Under the pieces are notes generated by a model that searched no databases, had not been told where the DNA came from, and saw only the letters and a program-made list of their open reading frames with translations. Positions 17,304 through 30,579 of a DNA stretch of 64,000 bases are shown piece after piece. The translations under genes and the position numbers were made by a program. Source of the DNA: the human T2T-CHM13v2.0 reference genome, Homo sapiens; assembly GCF_009914755.1 (NCBI RefSeq), contig NC_060936.1. One strand, 5' to 3'. How positions within the stretch are numbered: position 1 is the first letter of the stretch; every line of letters starts with the position of its first letter.

Positions 17304-19030
17304 TCAAGGTTTAGACCCTAGTCCCGTGGTCATGCCAGGAGAGGAGCTGAAACTCCCCTAATCATAAATGATAATGGGAAGGAAGCTAACTTTCTGTAGG
17401 GGCCGATATTGCTGTATCCTTGAGGCTTGGACCCCAAACTCCTGCTCATGCCGAGGAAGGGCTGGCTCTCCCCATGGACAAATGCAGACAAGTGGACTGG
17501 AGCTGGAGGCCAAGCATCTGCCCACAACATTGCTGCTGAATGCCAGCTCCTGATCATACCAGGGGAGGGGCTGGTGCTTCTTTGATCATATGGCTTAAAA
17601 GCCACACAGCCCAATGGATGGGATCCATGGAGTCCTTCTGGAGCCCAGTGTGCCAGACCAGGGTGCAAAGGACAATGGTGAGTGTGGGGACTATATACCT
17701 GCCACTCCTGTCCATGTGTGATTAAAGCTGTCCCAGAAACCCTGGTGCACAGGCTGTGTGGGCATCCGTCCTTGCGGCTCAACAGGGCTCCTGTGTGTAG
17801 GGAAGCTGAGCATCATGGAAACATGTCTCTGACCATGGTGTGGAGAAAGGATTGGACAGGGCCCGGCAGCAGCAGGAGCCCAGCCTGAGGCTCCTGGAAG
17901 CATCTGGATGGGAGATGACGGGGACCTGGGATAGTTATGGCAGTGGAGATAGAGAGAGGTGGAGTGACTGTATATTAGAAGAGAAAAAAGGAAAAATAGC
18001 CAACATTTATTGAATTTACACATAAAAAGTTATAGACCCACGGAACAATCCAACAAAGTGGGTGGAATTTACTCTGTCTTACAGATGAGGAAACTGAGGC
18101 ACAGAGAGGTCAAGTGGCTTGCTCGAGGCCACAGAGCCTTGTCCAAGAAGGACATGTGGGGTTTGGGTCTTCACCTGACCCATAACCAGGACATTAAGTC
18201 CAGGCTGATGTCCCAGTTGCTAGCCTGGGTCACACAGTGGCCGGTGGCACTGATCACAGCAATAGGAAATGCAGAAGGAAATTGGGCACAGATGAGGTGG
18301 CAAGCTCAGGGTCAGACAGGCTGAGTCTGAATTTCCTGCAGGACACCCAAGAGCAGATTCTGGAATGCAGCTGAACCTTAACTTCCCCTTCTCCCAGAAA
18401 CCCCGGGATCACTCCCCAGGAAGAAGTTATTTTTCTAGCCTGAAAAGATTGAGCACAAAATTCTAAAATCTCATCTTAGTGGGTTTTTTTTTTCTACAAA
18501 GACATGATTATTTCATCACGTTCACCTACTGTTCCTCTCCCATCTGATCTCTGAATCTCCAGAGTAAACATCCCATGACCCTGAATTACATGCTGGTAAT
18601 GCAGGTCTGGAAGAGGGGGGATCATGAGCCTGTCACTCACTGACTAACTCCCCCAGAAAGGAAGATACCTCTGCATATGGAAGACTTGCTTTCTGAACTG
18701 AAAGAACAAGAGTTAATTCTCCTAAGTCAACGCCAACACTTAGACATGAATTTGTCCCTAAAATTCCTCACTGTGACTCCGTTTCTTCATCTGTAGAATG
18801 GGGACAACAGCAGAGCTTTCCCCCATGATTGCTCTGAAGATTAAATAAAACCATGCAAACAGAGCATTTAGCTTCATTCCCTAGCACACAGTCAATGTTG
18901 TATAAATGTTCATGTACAAAGAGTGTAAAACCATCTGTTTCACAGAACGCCACTGAGGATTAAATAAATGCATACAGTGCTTTTCATTTTGAGCCTGACA
19001 CAGAGCTCACACTCAAGAATCATCCAGTCC

Positions 19031-19326
19031 TGCCAGGTGCGGTGGCTCACACCTGTAATCCTAGCACTTTGGGAGGCCGAGGCGGGTGGATCACCTGAGG
19101 TCAGGAGTTCAAGACCAGACTGGCCAACATGGTGAAACTCCATCTCTACTAAAAATACAAAAATTAGCCAGGTATGGTGGCACATGCCTGTAATCCCAGC
19201 TACTCAGGAGGCTGAGGCAGGAGAATCACTTTAACCTGGGAAGGTGAGGTTGCAGTGAGCTAAGATTGTGTCATTGCACTCCAGCCTGGATGACAAGAGT
19301 GAAACTCCATCTCAAAAAAAAAAAAA
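19031..19326 (+). mobile_element. AluS
   Basis: TSD aagaatcatccagtcct. Confidence 0.93.
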
Positions 19327-19399
19327 GAATCATCCAGTCCTTATTCCTGGTCTTGGCAGGTGCTAACTCTGACAGAAAGAAAGCTCAGGGTTATCAGAA

Positions 19400-19818
19400 G
19401 CCTTTATTTTGGGTTGAACTGCAGCCTCCAGTACCTTATTTGCATATAGGATCTTTGCAGATACAATCAAGTTAAGATGAGTTAATACTGGATCAGGATG
19501 CATCCTAAGTCCAATGGTTTGTGTCCTTATAAGACGAGGAGAAGACACAGAGGAGAACGTCATGTGAAGACAGAGGCAGGGGCTGGAGTGATGCAGCTGC
19601 AAACCAAGGAGCACCAAGGATGGCCAGCCACCCGCTGAAGCCGTGGGACAGGCAAGGAACCGATTCTCTCCCAGAGCCTTTGGAGGCACTGTGGCCCTGC
19701 CAACACCCGATTTCAGACTTTCAAGCCCCTAGAACTGTGGGAAAGTATGTTTCTGCTGGTTTAAGCCATCTAGTTTGCGGTAGATTTTTTTTACAAAAGC
19801 CCTAGATAACTCATTCAT
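19400..19818 (+). mobile_element. MLT1 (MLT1C-like) MaLR solo LTR
   Basis: ccttatttg...ggatctttgcagat...aagttaagatgag...gtccttataaga...gtggccctgccaacacc. Confidence 0.82.
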
Positions 19819-19945
19819 TTGCTGGACACTGACTGGGGGACTGCCACATAAAAGCCTGCCTGTGGAGTGCAGCCACCAGATTCTGTGTTAGGAAACTGGT
19901 GCTGATCTCACCTGCCCTGTAAAGTAGATGTTATTGACAGTTATC

Positions 19946-20358
<413 letters not shown>

Positions 20359-20369
20359 TTATACAACAT

Positions 20370-20819
20370 TGTGAAAGGAAAATAAATCTTGGAAGACCCA
20401 AAGTCACTAAGCTAAAGGGAAAAGTCAAGCTGGGAACTGCTTAGGACAAACCTGCCTCCCATTCTACTCAAAGTCATCTCTCTGTTCACTGAGATAAATG
20501 CATATCTAATTGCCTCCCTTGGAAAGGCTAATCAGAAACTCAAAAGAATGCAATCGTTTGTCTCTCGCCTACCTGTGACCTGGAAGCCCCCTCCCTGCTT
20601 GAGTTGTCCCGCCTTTCTGAATGGAACCAATGTACATCTTACATAATCTGATTGATGTTTCATGTCTCCCTAAAATGTATAAAAGCAGACTGTGCTCTGA
20701 CCACCTTGGACACATGTCATCAGGACCTCCTGAGGCTGTGTCATGGGCGTGCATCTTCAGCCTCGGCAAAATAAACTTTCTAAATTAATGAGGTCTGTCT
20801 CAGATTTTCAGGGTTCACA
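20370..20819 (+). mobile_element. MER4A1-like ERV1 solo LTR
   Basis: tgtgaaaggaaaataaatcttgg...gggttcaca; TATAAAA and AATAAA present; 4-bp TSD acat. Confidence 0.9.
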
Positions 20820-21087
20820 ACATTGGCTGTGTGCTTACTGTGCTTGGGATGGGGCTAAATGCTCTAATTGCATCGTTTCATTTAATCTTCAGAATAATTC
20901 AAGGGTAAAGTTCTGCTGTTATCCCCATCCTACTGATGAAGAAACTGTAATGTTATCAACAAGTAATGGATAAGTGACAGGTCATGGCTAAAGTCTTATA
21001 GTTGGTAGTAACCTACACCCTCACTTTCCCCTTAATCACATGGCATCCTGCAGCTGAGCTGGGACCCACCCCTCCCCGTAGCCTACA

Positions 21088-22075
21088 GTTCCCCCAAAGA
21101 CACACAAACACACACTCACACATACCACTCCCCCAAAGACGCACAAACACACAGTCACACATACATACCATTCCCCCAAAGATGCACACACACTCACACA
21201 TACACACCATTCCATCAAAGACGCACACACACTCACACATACACACATTCCCCCAAAGATGCACAAACACACACTCACACATACACACCATTCCACCAAA
21301 GACGCACAAACACACACACATACACGCCGTTCCCCCAAAGACACAAAAACACACACACATACACACCTTTCCCCCAAAGATGCACATACACTCATACATA
21401 CACACCATTCCCCCAAAGACGCACATACACATACACACCATTCCCCCAAAGACGCACAAACACACACTCATACACACACACCATTCCCCCAGACGCACAA
21501 ACACTCACACATACACACCATTCCCCCAAAGACGCACACACACTCACACATACACACCATTCCCCCAAAGACGCACAAACACACACTCACACATACACAC
21601 CATTCCCCCAAAGACGCACACACACTCACACATACACACCATTCCACCAAAGACGCACAAACACACACTCATACACACACACCATTCCCCCAAAGATGCA
21701 CACACACTCACACATACACACCATTCCCCCAAAGACGCACACACACTCACACATACACATCATTCCCCCAAAGACGCACACACACTCATACATACACACC
21801 ATTCCACCAAAGACGCACAAACACACACTCATACACACACACCATTCCCCCAAAGACGCACACACACACATACACACCATTCTCCCAAAGACGCACACAC
21901 ACACATACACACCATTCTCCCAAAGATGCACACACACTCACACATACACACCATTCCCCCAAAGATGCACAAACACACACTCACACATACACACCATTCC
22001 ACCAAAGACGCACACACACACATACCATTCCACCAAAGACGCACAAGCACACACTGACACAACACACCATTCCAC
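21088..22075. repeat. VNTR/minisatellite, ~39-43-bp unit (cacaccattcccccaaagacgcacacacactcacacata), ~24 copies
   Basis: Direct inspection; UG-rich on the KSR2-transcribed strand. Confidence 0.95.
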
Positions 22076-23904
22076 CGGGGCCACGGGAACATCGACTCGC
22101 CCTCAAGTTTACTTTCTTTCCTTGAAGTTTGTTCAAAGTCTGAGAGAGAAGCAGAGAGGAAGAAAAGTCTTACCCTCTGCCAAATTATCTTTCCCATGAA
22201 ATTATCTTCCTCTCCACCCCTACACTTCAAAACTAGAAGTTTGGGGCTAAAAATGCAAAAAGTCTCATTTCATTATCCAAATTACCGGCTTCTAAATTGA
22301 CAGGGATTCAACTTCTCTCTGCCGAAGCTTCAGCAGCGTTTCACTGATGAGCTGTATTGTATCAACTCTTCCCTCTCTCTTTTGATCCTCTTTTTAATAA
22401 AGTCTGAGGGAAATAGGTAATTTATCATTTTAAATAGGAAAGGTGTGGTAGCAGGGGGCTCTGGGGGTTATTAATTGTCACCCTTGCTATCTTGTCATCT
22501 GTTTCTGGCAAATCATTTTATTTCAAGTCTTGAAATGGGTGGGGAGAAGGGAATAGGTTTTTAAGAACTGAAAGGTCTGAAGATTGATTAAAGACATTTC
22601 AAGGTGTAGGGGTTTTTCACTTGACATTCTCTGATAAGGGACTAAGAGAAATAAAAGCCATTCTCAAGGGAAAAAGTGATTTCAGAAAGTCTAAGCAAGT
22701 GTCTAACTTCTTTGTCCCTTCCCATTAAAATGTTATAAACAGGCAATCACGTGGCTTAAATTTCTCTGAATTTCGGAGCCAGCATTGGAATCTACACAGT
22801 AGATTCTTTAGCTCTTCAGAGGCAGAAGTGACAGAGAGTCTACCATTCCAGGATCAACACTGCTTGTAACTTTTGTGAATACTTCAATGCACTTGTTAGT
22901 TTAATCCTCAAAACTCTCTAGCAAGAAGCAGAACTTTTAGATGCTGGCTGAAAATATTAGGCTGAAGTCATTGGTAGAAGAAAAAAACTGTTTTTTGGTT
23001 TAAATCCTCATAACTTTCTGGCAAGAGACAAAACTTTTAGACACTGGTTGAAAATATTTGACTGGAATCACAGGAAAAGCGAAGTACAATAAGTACTAGT
23101 AGTACAAATGACAATTACTGTTTGCTGTGCCCCTACCATGTGCCAGATACTATTCTAAGTATTCACGTGTATCACCTCATAGTATCCTCACAAGACCCCA
23201 TGAAGAAAATTCCGCTATTGTCTCCACTTCACAGTGCTAGGAACAGATAATTATTTGAAAGACTGAGTTGCCCTAGGTTACACAGCTAGTAAGTGGTAGA
23301 TCAGGGTTTCTGATCCAGATCTGTACCATTGGAGGGTTCTCTGGAGCCCCCTAACCCCTCAGGAAATGAGAGACCCGTCCAGAAAGCCCTTGGAAAGCTG
23401 AGCCATTATACACAGGCTTGTGGGTCAGCACCTGGGGCAGCTCCTTCTGACCTCCCGAAAGTCAAATAGGACATTCATTTTAGCCACAATCCCAGAAAGC
23501 CTGAAACCGAAAATCCAGGAAAATTTTTTGAGTTTCGAGTTTGTCATCCTTGCAAAAAGAAGCGAATAAGGACAAATGAAAAACATACAGTTGCCAAAGT
23601 AATTCAACATTAGCAAGAATCTTAATCTAAGACCTCATTAATGAGCTTGGCATTCAGCAGAACCCTGGGTCTCGTTGGGCACTAGCCCCGCCCCAGGATG
23701 TCCCCAGGTAGAACCAAACAAATGCACTGACCCTAGTCTGGGCAGGTCACCTGGGAGATGGGACAGGGCAGGGAGCACAGGCTCTGACCCCGTAATGCCT
23801 CCCACGTCCTGCTCTATGAGATTCATGATTTTATTACCCACCAAGAGACTGGGAAGATTAACCTTCAGTCACTAACTTTAGGGTAGCTTTTTTGTTTTAA
23901 CAAA

Positions 23905-24630
23905 GCTCTTTTTAAGAAAAAATGTATTGAGGTGAAATTCACATTAACCATTTCAAAGTACAGAATTCGGCACCACTTAGTACATTCTCAATGTTGTGTA
24001 ACCGCCACCTCTATCTAGTTCCAAAACACTATCATTACACCCAAAAGAAAACCCTGTCCCCATTCGCAATCCTTCCCAATTCCCTTCTTCCCCCAGCCCC
24101 TGGCAAGCCCTAAACTATTTTCTGTCTCTGTGGATTTGCCTATTCCAGCTATTTTATATGAATGGAATCCTACGCTATGTGGTCTTTCGTGTCTGGCTTC
24201 TTTCCTTTTGCATAATGTTGTCAAGGTTCATCCAAGTGTAGCATGTGTTGGTCTTTCCTTTCTTGTTATGGCTGAATAATATGTATACACCACATTTTGT
24301 TTAAGCATTCCTCAGCTGATGGACATTTAAGTTGTTTCTACTTTTGGCAAGTGTGCATAGTGCTGCTATGAACATTTGTGTACGAGTATTTGTTTGAACA
24401 TCTGTTTTCAGTTCTTTGGGGCATATATCTAGGGGTGGAGTTGCTGGGTCAGATGGTAACTCTGTGGTTAACCTTCTGAGAAACCACCCTGCTGTTTTCC
24501 ACAGTGCCTGCATCATTTTACATTCCCACCCAGCAACATATAAAGGTTCTGACTTCCCCACATCCTCACCAACACTTGTTAGTTTTTGTTGTTTATCATC
24601 ATTGTCATCATAGCCATCCTAGTGGGTGTT
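23905..24630 (-). mobile_element. L1MB 3' fragment
   Basis: tattgaggtgaaattcac...ctatgaacatttgtgtac...gccatcctagtgggtgt. Confidence 0.85.
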
Positions 24631-24998
24631 TAATAAAACATTCTTAGTAATGGCCATAGCTAACATTTATCGAGCACTTACTGTGGGCTGGGCTTTTGCA
24701 GCATCTCCTCTCATTCTCACACCTTATTTCATTTAATTCTCATAACAATCTTGTGAGATTGAGAGGAAATTACAGCTCTGGAAAAGTGGAGTCACTGGCC
24801 CAAGGCCAAGATTCAAAGTGAAATTCAAAACCTGGCAGTCTGACCACAGAGCACGTTCTCTTGGCTGCTATAAACATACTGCACATCTGAATAGGAAACG
24901 AGTACCCAGGGGATAGGAATCATCAGCCCCATGTTTCCGATGGGGAAACTGAGACAGAGAGAGGAGTAGAAACTTTCCCAAGACCCACCCATCTAGAA

Positions 24999-25374
24999 TG
25001 TTACTCAGCCATAAAAAGGAATGAATGAATGAATGGCATTCACAGCGACCTGGATGGGATTGGAGACTATTATTCCAGGTGAAGTAACTCGGGAATAGAA
25101 AACTGAACATCATATGTTCTCACTCATAAGTGGGAGCTAAGCTATGAGGACGCAAAGGCATAAAAATAATACAATGGACTTTGGGAACCCAGCGGGGAAA
25201 AGTGGGGAGTGGGGAAGGGATAAAAGACTACAAATTGGGTTCAGTGTATACTGCTCGGGTGATGAGCGCACAAAATCTCACAAATCACCACTAAAGAACT
25301 TATGTAACCAAGTACCACCTGTTCCCCAAAAAACTATGGAAATAAAAATTAATTAATTAATTAAATTTTTAAAA
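24999..25374 (+). mobile_element. 5'-truncated L1PB 3' end inserted in a MIR
   Basis: 19-bp TSD aaga(c/t)ccacccatctagaa at 24980-24998 and 25375-25393. Confidence 0.9.
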
Positions 25375-26138
25375 AAGATCCACCCATCTAGAAAGTTCCA
25401 GGTCCATCCATCCATCCAGCCCCAACCCCATATTCCTTCCCCTCCACTGTGTAGAATTGTTTTACAATATTTAGCATTTTAATTGTCAAGTGCAATTAAA
25501 CCTGGGACTCAGCTGCTTCCAGTCTCTGGAATGAAGAGAATGATTATCATCATTCATTGGACATTTTAAACTAAAACACAAAGCCCTTCCTGGTTAAAAT
25601 CACAGTTAAAATCTACATCAGGAATACAGCAATAAAACATTGCCTAGTATTGCAATATTGCAATAAAATAAACCCTATCTTAGAGTTGGGGTATTTACTA
25701 CAACTCATAAAATTATAAACTGCAGCCCAGACTCACATGGGGCCAGACTTGGGGGATCAAGGATAAAAGAAATACTCAAGATACCATCCTCAATAACCCT
25801 TTTCAAGTATATCTATATTGCTGGGGGTAACTGGATCTGACATTGGAGACCACAGGCCCCTGGGAGTCATGGATATAAACCTTGATGGTCGCTGTCATCT
25901 CACTACAGCCCTAAACAACCTAATATGGATGTTAGGGCAGGGTCAAAGGCACAATACCCTGAACATCAGGATTCCCGGGTTCCACGGTGGCTTGGGCACA
26001 CACAGCTCTGAGGATCTCATCTCAATTCTTCACCTTGGGGAGGCTTCCCCACCCACCTCCATCCCAGCTACTCTCTCATTCCTCCTCCTGTTTCATTTCC
26101 TCATGACCCTTACCACTCAGTGGAACTGTTTTGTTATA

Positions 26139-26347
26139 CAATCAGTTCTTGTTATTTGTGGCAATTGTGTTCTCTTCCATAAAGTCACTGCAAATACTGA
26201 ATTGGCAAATGCTGAACCATTGCGACTAGGAGAGATATGTGGTTAGGTTCCTGCGAGCCTCTGGTCATCTTATCATCCACTCATCCACACATAACCCTGT
26301 TTTAGGTGTGTTCCTGTTTCAAGACACTGTATTTAATATATATATTT

Positions 26348-26378
<31 letters not shown>

Positions 26379-26884
26379 CATATATATATACACTATATTA
26401 TATATATATATATACACACCATACATATATACACTATATATATATATATATAGTTGATTCATTAACATTGAGCTCACAGCCCACAGCACTGTCACTCAAA
26501 CCTAAACCAAGAATATCTAACACAGGTATTTTCTCCATAAGGCACAGCACACACAGCCTTCTTATTCTAAGGAACACTAGACAGCAGTTCAGCGCTATGC
26601 TTTGGGGCCATTGTAAACAGCAAAATCACCCACACAAAGTACAAACAAAATGTGAAAAACTTAGCATTCAGTTTAAGACCACAGAAAGGACACTGCTTAC
26701 ACCATGAGAGCTGAAATGAGAGGGCAGAATGCTGCCCTGTTCAACCTCAGGGGTTGTGCACATCAGGCGACTCAAAGTTTTTTACCACTCTGCAAATGCA
26801 AGTATTGATTTAAGGGTTACAAATACATTTTAGCCCGTAGGCAAATTCACAAATACAGAATCCACAAATAATGAGGATCGACTG
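26139..26884. mobile_element. MER82 (TcMar-Tigger) containing a (TA)n/(CA)n microsatellite at 26335-26452
   Basis: ggttaggttcctgcgagcctctggtca; end aataatgaggatcgactg; TA at the left end. Confidence 0.8.
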
Positions 26885-27006
26885 TTGTTATCCGTTTATC
26901 ATCCATCTTTCCCACTGGAATATAAGCTCTAAGAAGGCAGAGCCCTGGACTCACCTTCTCACTACTGTATCACCCACTGCCTTGCAATAAATAAATATTA
27001 ATTTTT

Positions 27007-27310
27007 GGCCAGGTGCAGTGGCTCAAAATGCTGTCATCCCAGCATTTTGGAGGTTGAGGCTGGTGGATCACTTGCGCCCAGGAGTTTGAGGCCAGCCTGG
27101 GCAACACAGCAAAAACCCCATCTCTACTAAAAATATGAAAAATTAGCAGGGTATGGTGGCATGCACCTGTAGTCCCAGCGACTTGGGTGGCTGAGGTGGG
27201 AGGATTGCTTGAGCCTGCGAGATCAAGGCTGCAGTAAGCCATGATTGTGGTACTGTACTTCAGCCTGGGTGTCAGAGTGAGACTCTGTCTCAAAAAAATA
27301 TTAAAATAAA
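27007..27310 (+). mobile_element. AluJ
   Basis: gggaggattgcttgagcc diagnostic. Confidence 0.9.
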
Positions 27311-27385
27311 TATAATTTTTTGTCTCAATGCACAAATTATATGTTGCTTTAATAAATATTTGTGGAATGAAACAATTCTTCTTTA

Positions 27386-27649
27386 CTTTTTTTGAGATGA
27401 AGTCTCTCTCTGTTGTCCAAGCACCATCTCAGCTGACTGCAACCTCCACCTCCTGGCTCATGCCTTAGCCTCCCAAGTAGCTGGGATTACAGGTGTGAAC
27501 CACCATGCCCAGCTAATTTTTGTATTTTTAGTAGAGATGGGGTTTCACCACATTGGCCAGGCCGGTCTCAAACTCCTGACCTCAGGTGATCTGCCCGCCT
27601 CGGCCTCTCATAGTGCTGGGATTACAGGAGTGAGCTACTGCACCCGGCC
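27386..27649 (-). mobile_element. AluS with small deletions
   Basis: TSD gaaacaat(t/c)ctt. Confidence 0.88.
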
Positions 27650-28774
27650 GAAACAATCCTTGAACAGTCATAAATTAAAGCTGCCATGATGGATAACAGT
27701 ATTGGTATCATGCACCTTGAATTCAGGCAAGAAATTAAGTGGGAGACAACTCGCTATAGTCAAAATTCTATTCATGCATAGGGCTACCCTAGATGGATAG
27801 TCTTGAGAAATGAAGGCCTGGTGACCAGAAGAAAGGGTGGAAGGTCGTCCTTATCTTGATCCTGCCTCTTCTGGCTCTGCATCCTCTGAGAAACAGCTGT
27901 GCCTCCACCAGCTGGGAAGAATGGGCTCTCTCATGGGCCTCTGAGGGAGGGAGAAGGAGGTGAGAAGCTTAGGAGGCCCATCCAGCTCAGGCTGGCTCCC
28001 ACGCATGCTTGCACAAGAGAGTCCACACCAGGAAAGCCACATTAGAGAGGGATGACCTCTGAGACGCTCCTAATTCCAGAACCCTTTGTTGTTCTATTGC
28101 TCTGCCTCCCTTGAGTGACAGGCATTATATTAGTTTTATAACCTCTTGTGTTGGCAAATTCAAGAAAGCTAAAAGTAGCATTCGATGACCTTATGTGCTG
28201 CAAGGTGCCCTATTTTTATCTCCCAACAACTGACTTGGGGCGCAGGTTTTCCAAATCCCTTTGGCTTTCCCCTCCCTGTGCAGATTCAGTGGGGCCAGCA
28301 CCTGCCCCGGTTTCCCTCCCAATTTCCCTCTGCAAAGACAGTGCTTATGAAGCCTTCAGAGCCAGGTGTGCCAGGAGGTCAATTTGCTCAGGTTATCCAC
28401 ATAGTCTTGACCTAGAGGCAGAGAGAAATGTGGATACTTCTAAGAGAAAGGTGCTGTGTAAACGTCTATCAACCTTTTTAACTCCTCTTAACTAAGGCAG
28501 ACAACTGCATGGGCACCAGGGGGCTTTTCCAAGACATCTAGATTTAATACCTGCCAACATAACTTCTTGCCACAGCATGTAGAACTCAGCAGGGCCAGTG
28601 AGCTGGGTTTGAATCCCAGCTCCACTACTTACTAGCTGTGTGACTTGGGGTAAATTTCTTAACCTCTCTGAACTTCAGTTCATGCATCTAAAAAGGGAAT
28701 AATAAAAGTACCCTCTTCTTAGGGTGAACATGAAAAACCAAGCAAGCAGTGGGCCTGCTATCTTTGTTACTATT

Positions 28775-29137
28775 TGATATGGTGTGGCTCTATGTCCCCA
28801 CTCAACTCTCATCTCGAATTGTAATCCCCACGTGTCAAGGGAGGGACCTGGTGGGAGGTGATTGGATCATGGAGTCGGCTTCCCCTGTGCTGTTCTCATG
28901 ATAGTGAGTGAGTTCTCATGAGATCTGATGCTTTAAAAGTGTTTAGCAGTTTCTCCTGTCCTCTCTCTTTCCTGCCGCCTTGTGAAGGTACTTGCTTCTC
29001 CTTTGCCTTCTGCCATGATTGTAAGTTTCCTGAGGCCTCCCCAGCCATGCAGAACTATAAGTCAATTAAACTCTTTCCTTTATAAATTACCCAGTCTTGA
29101 GTATTTCTTTATAGTGGTGTGAAAACAGACAAACACA
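28775..29137 (+). mobile_element. MSTA/THE1D-like MaLR solo LTR
   Basis: tgatatggtgtggc...; TSD ctatt/ctatc. Confidence 0.88.
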
Positions 29138-29414
29138 CTATCGTTGCTATCATTAGTAGTAATTCTCTTCCCTTCCCCAGGCAGAATGTGTGCATGCATC
29201 TTTTGATCAGACACCTACTTATACACCAGGTACTTTGATCTGAAGATGCACAGTCTCTCCATCCACACAGAATTCACACCCTACCCAGCAGGTTACGAAA
29301 ACATATCATGAAAAAAGTAATACAGCTCATTAATAATTTTTACATGGATTACAAGTTGAAATGATCATATTTTGGAAATATTGGGTTAAATAAAATATAT
29401 TGTAAAAATTAATG

Positions 29415-29980
29415 TCATTCCTCAAAAAGTTAAACACACAATGAGCAATTGGCAATTCTACTCCTAGGTCGATACCCAAAAGAATTGAAAGAAGGGACTT
29501 AAACAGATATTTATACACCAATGTTCAGAGTAGCATTATTCACGATAGCCAAAAGCTGGAAACAGCTCAGTGCCCACTGATGGATGAATAAATAAACAAA
29601 ATGTGATATATCCATATAGCAGATTATTATTCAACCTTAAAAAGTAAGGAAGTTCTGATACATGTTACAACATGGATTAACCTTGAAAACCATATGCTAA
29701 ATGAAATATGCCAGACACAAAAGGACAAATAGTGTATATTTCCACTTACATAAGGTATCTAGATGATGCAAATTTATAAAGACAGAAGGAAGAATAGGGG
29801 TTACCAGGGGCTGAGATTACTTAATGGCCATGGAGTTTCTGTTTGGGATTATGAAAAAGCTCTGAAGATGGATGGTGGTGATGATTATACAACCTTGTGA
29901 ACATGTTTAATGCCACTAAACTGTACACTTAAAAATTGTTAAAATGGTAAACTTTGGTGTGTTTTCCTACAATAAAAAAT
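29415..29980 (+). mobile_element. L1MB 3' fragment nested in a MER33-like element (~29320-30070)
   Basis: ttcctcaaaaagttaaac...gccactaaactgtacacttaaaaa. Confidence 0.8.
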
Positions 29981-30216
29981 TAATGTTGGCTGATTTTTTA
30001 ATGTTTTTAAATGTAACCACTAGGAAATTTTAAATTACATACATGGTTCCCATGATCTTTCTCTTGGACATACAATGTCTAGCACACATCTGGAAGAAGA
30101 GATGGGCGCTAAACAAGGAATCACATCTCACAATGTCATAAAGGTTGTTGCAATGTAACCCAGAGCTGAGGGTTACGGAGAGGTTTCCTTAAGGAAGAAC
30201 ATTTGCACTGGGGTCT

Positions 30217-30579
30217 TGATATGCTTTGGCTGTGACCCCACCCAAATCTCACTGAATTGTAGCTTCCATAGTTCCCACGTATTGTGGGAGAGACCCAGTG
30301 AGAGGTAATTAAATCATGGGGGCAAGTATTTCCCATACTGTTCTCATGGCAGTGAAAAAGTCTCACAAGATCTGATGGTTTTATAAATGGGAGTTCCCCT
30401 GCACACGCTCTCTCTTGCCCACTGCCATGTAAAAAGTCCCTTTGCTTTTCCTTCGTCTTCCGCCATGATCGTGAGGCCTCCCAGTCATGTGGAATTGTGA
30501 GTCAATTAAACCTCATTCCTTTATAAATTACCCAGTCTCAGGTATGTCTTTATTAGCAGCGTGAGAACAGACTAATACA
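30217..30579 (+). mobile_element. THE1 solo LTR
   Basis: tgatatgctttggc...gactaataca; perfect TSD ggtct. Confidence 0.92.

Noticed and set aside
21088-22075. CRISPR-like repeat-spacer appearance; G-quadruplex from G5 runs
   Set aside because: Eukaryotic VNTR with no unique spacers; G-runs are ~40 nt apart, too far for a canonical G4.
21002-22199. Long HT/CV-rich ORFs
   Set aside because: VNTR translations; only the 114-nt spliced segment is proposed as potentially coding.
28510-28530. CTCF-like motif ggcaccagggggct
   Set aside because: Mismatches at both ends of the core; not supportable without ChIP data.
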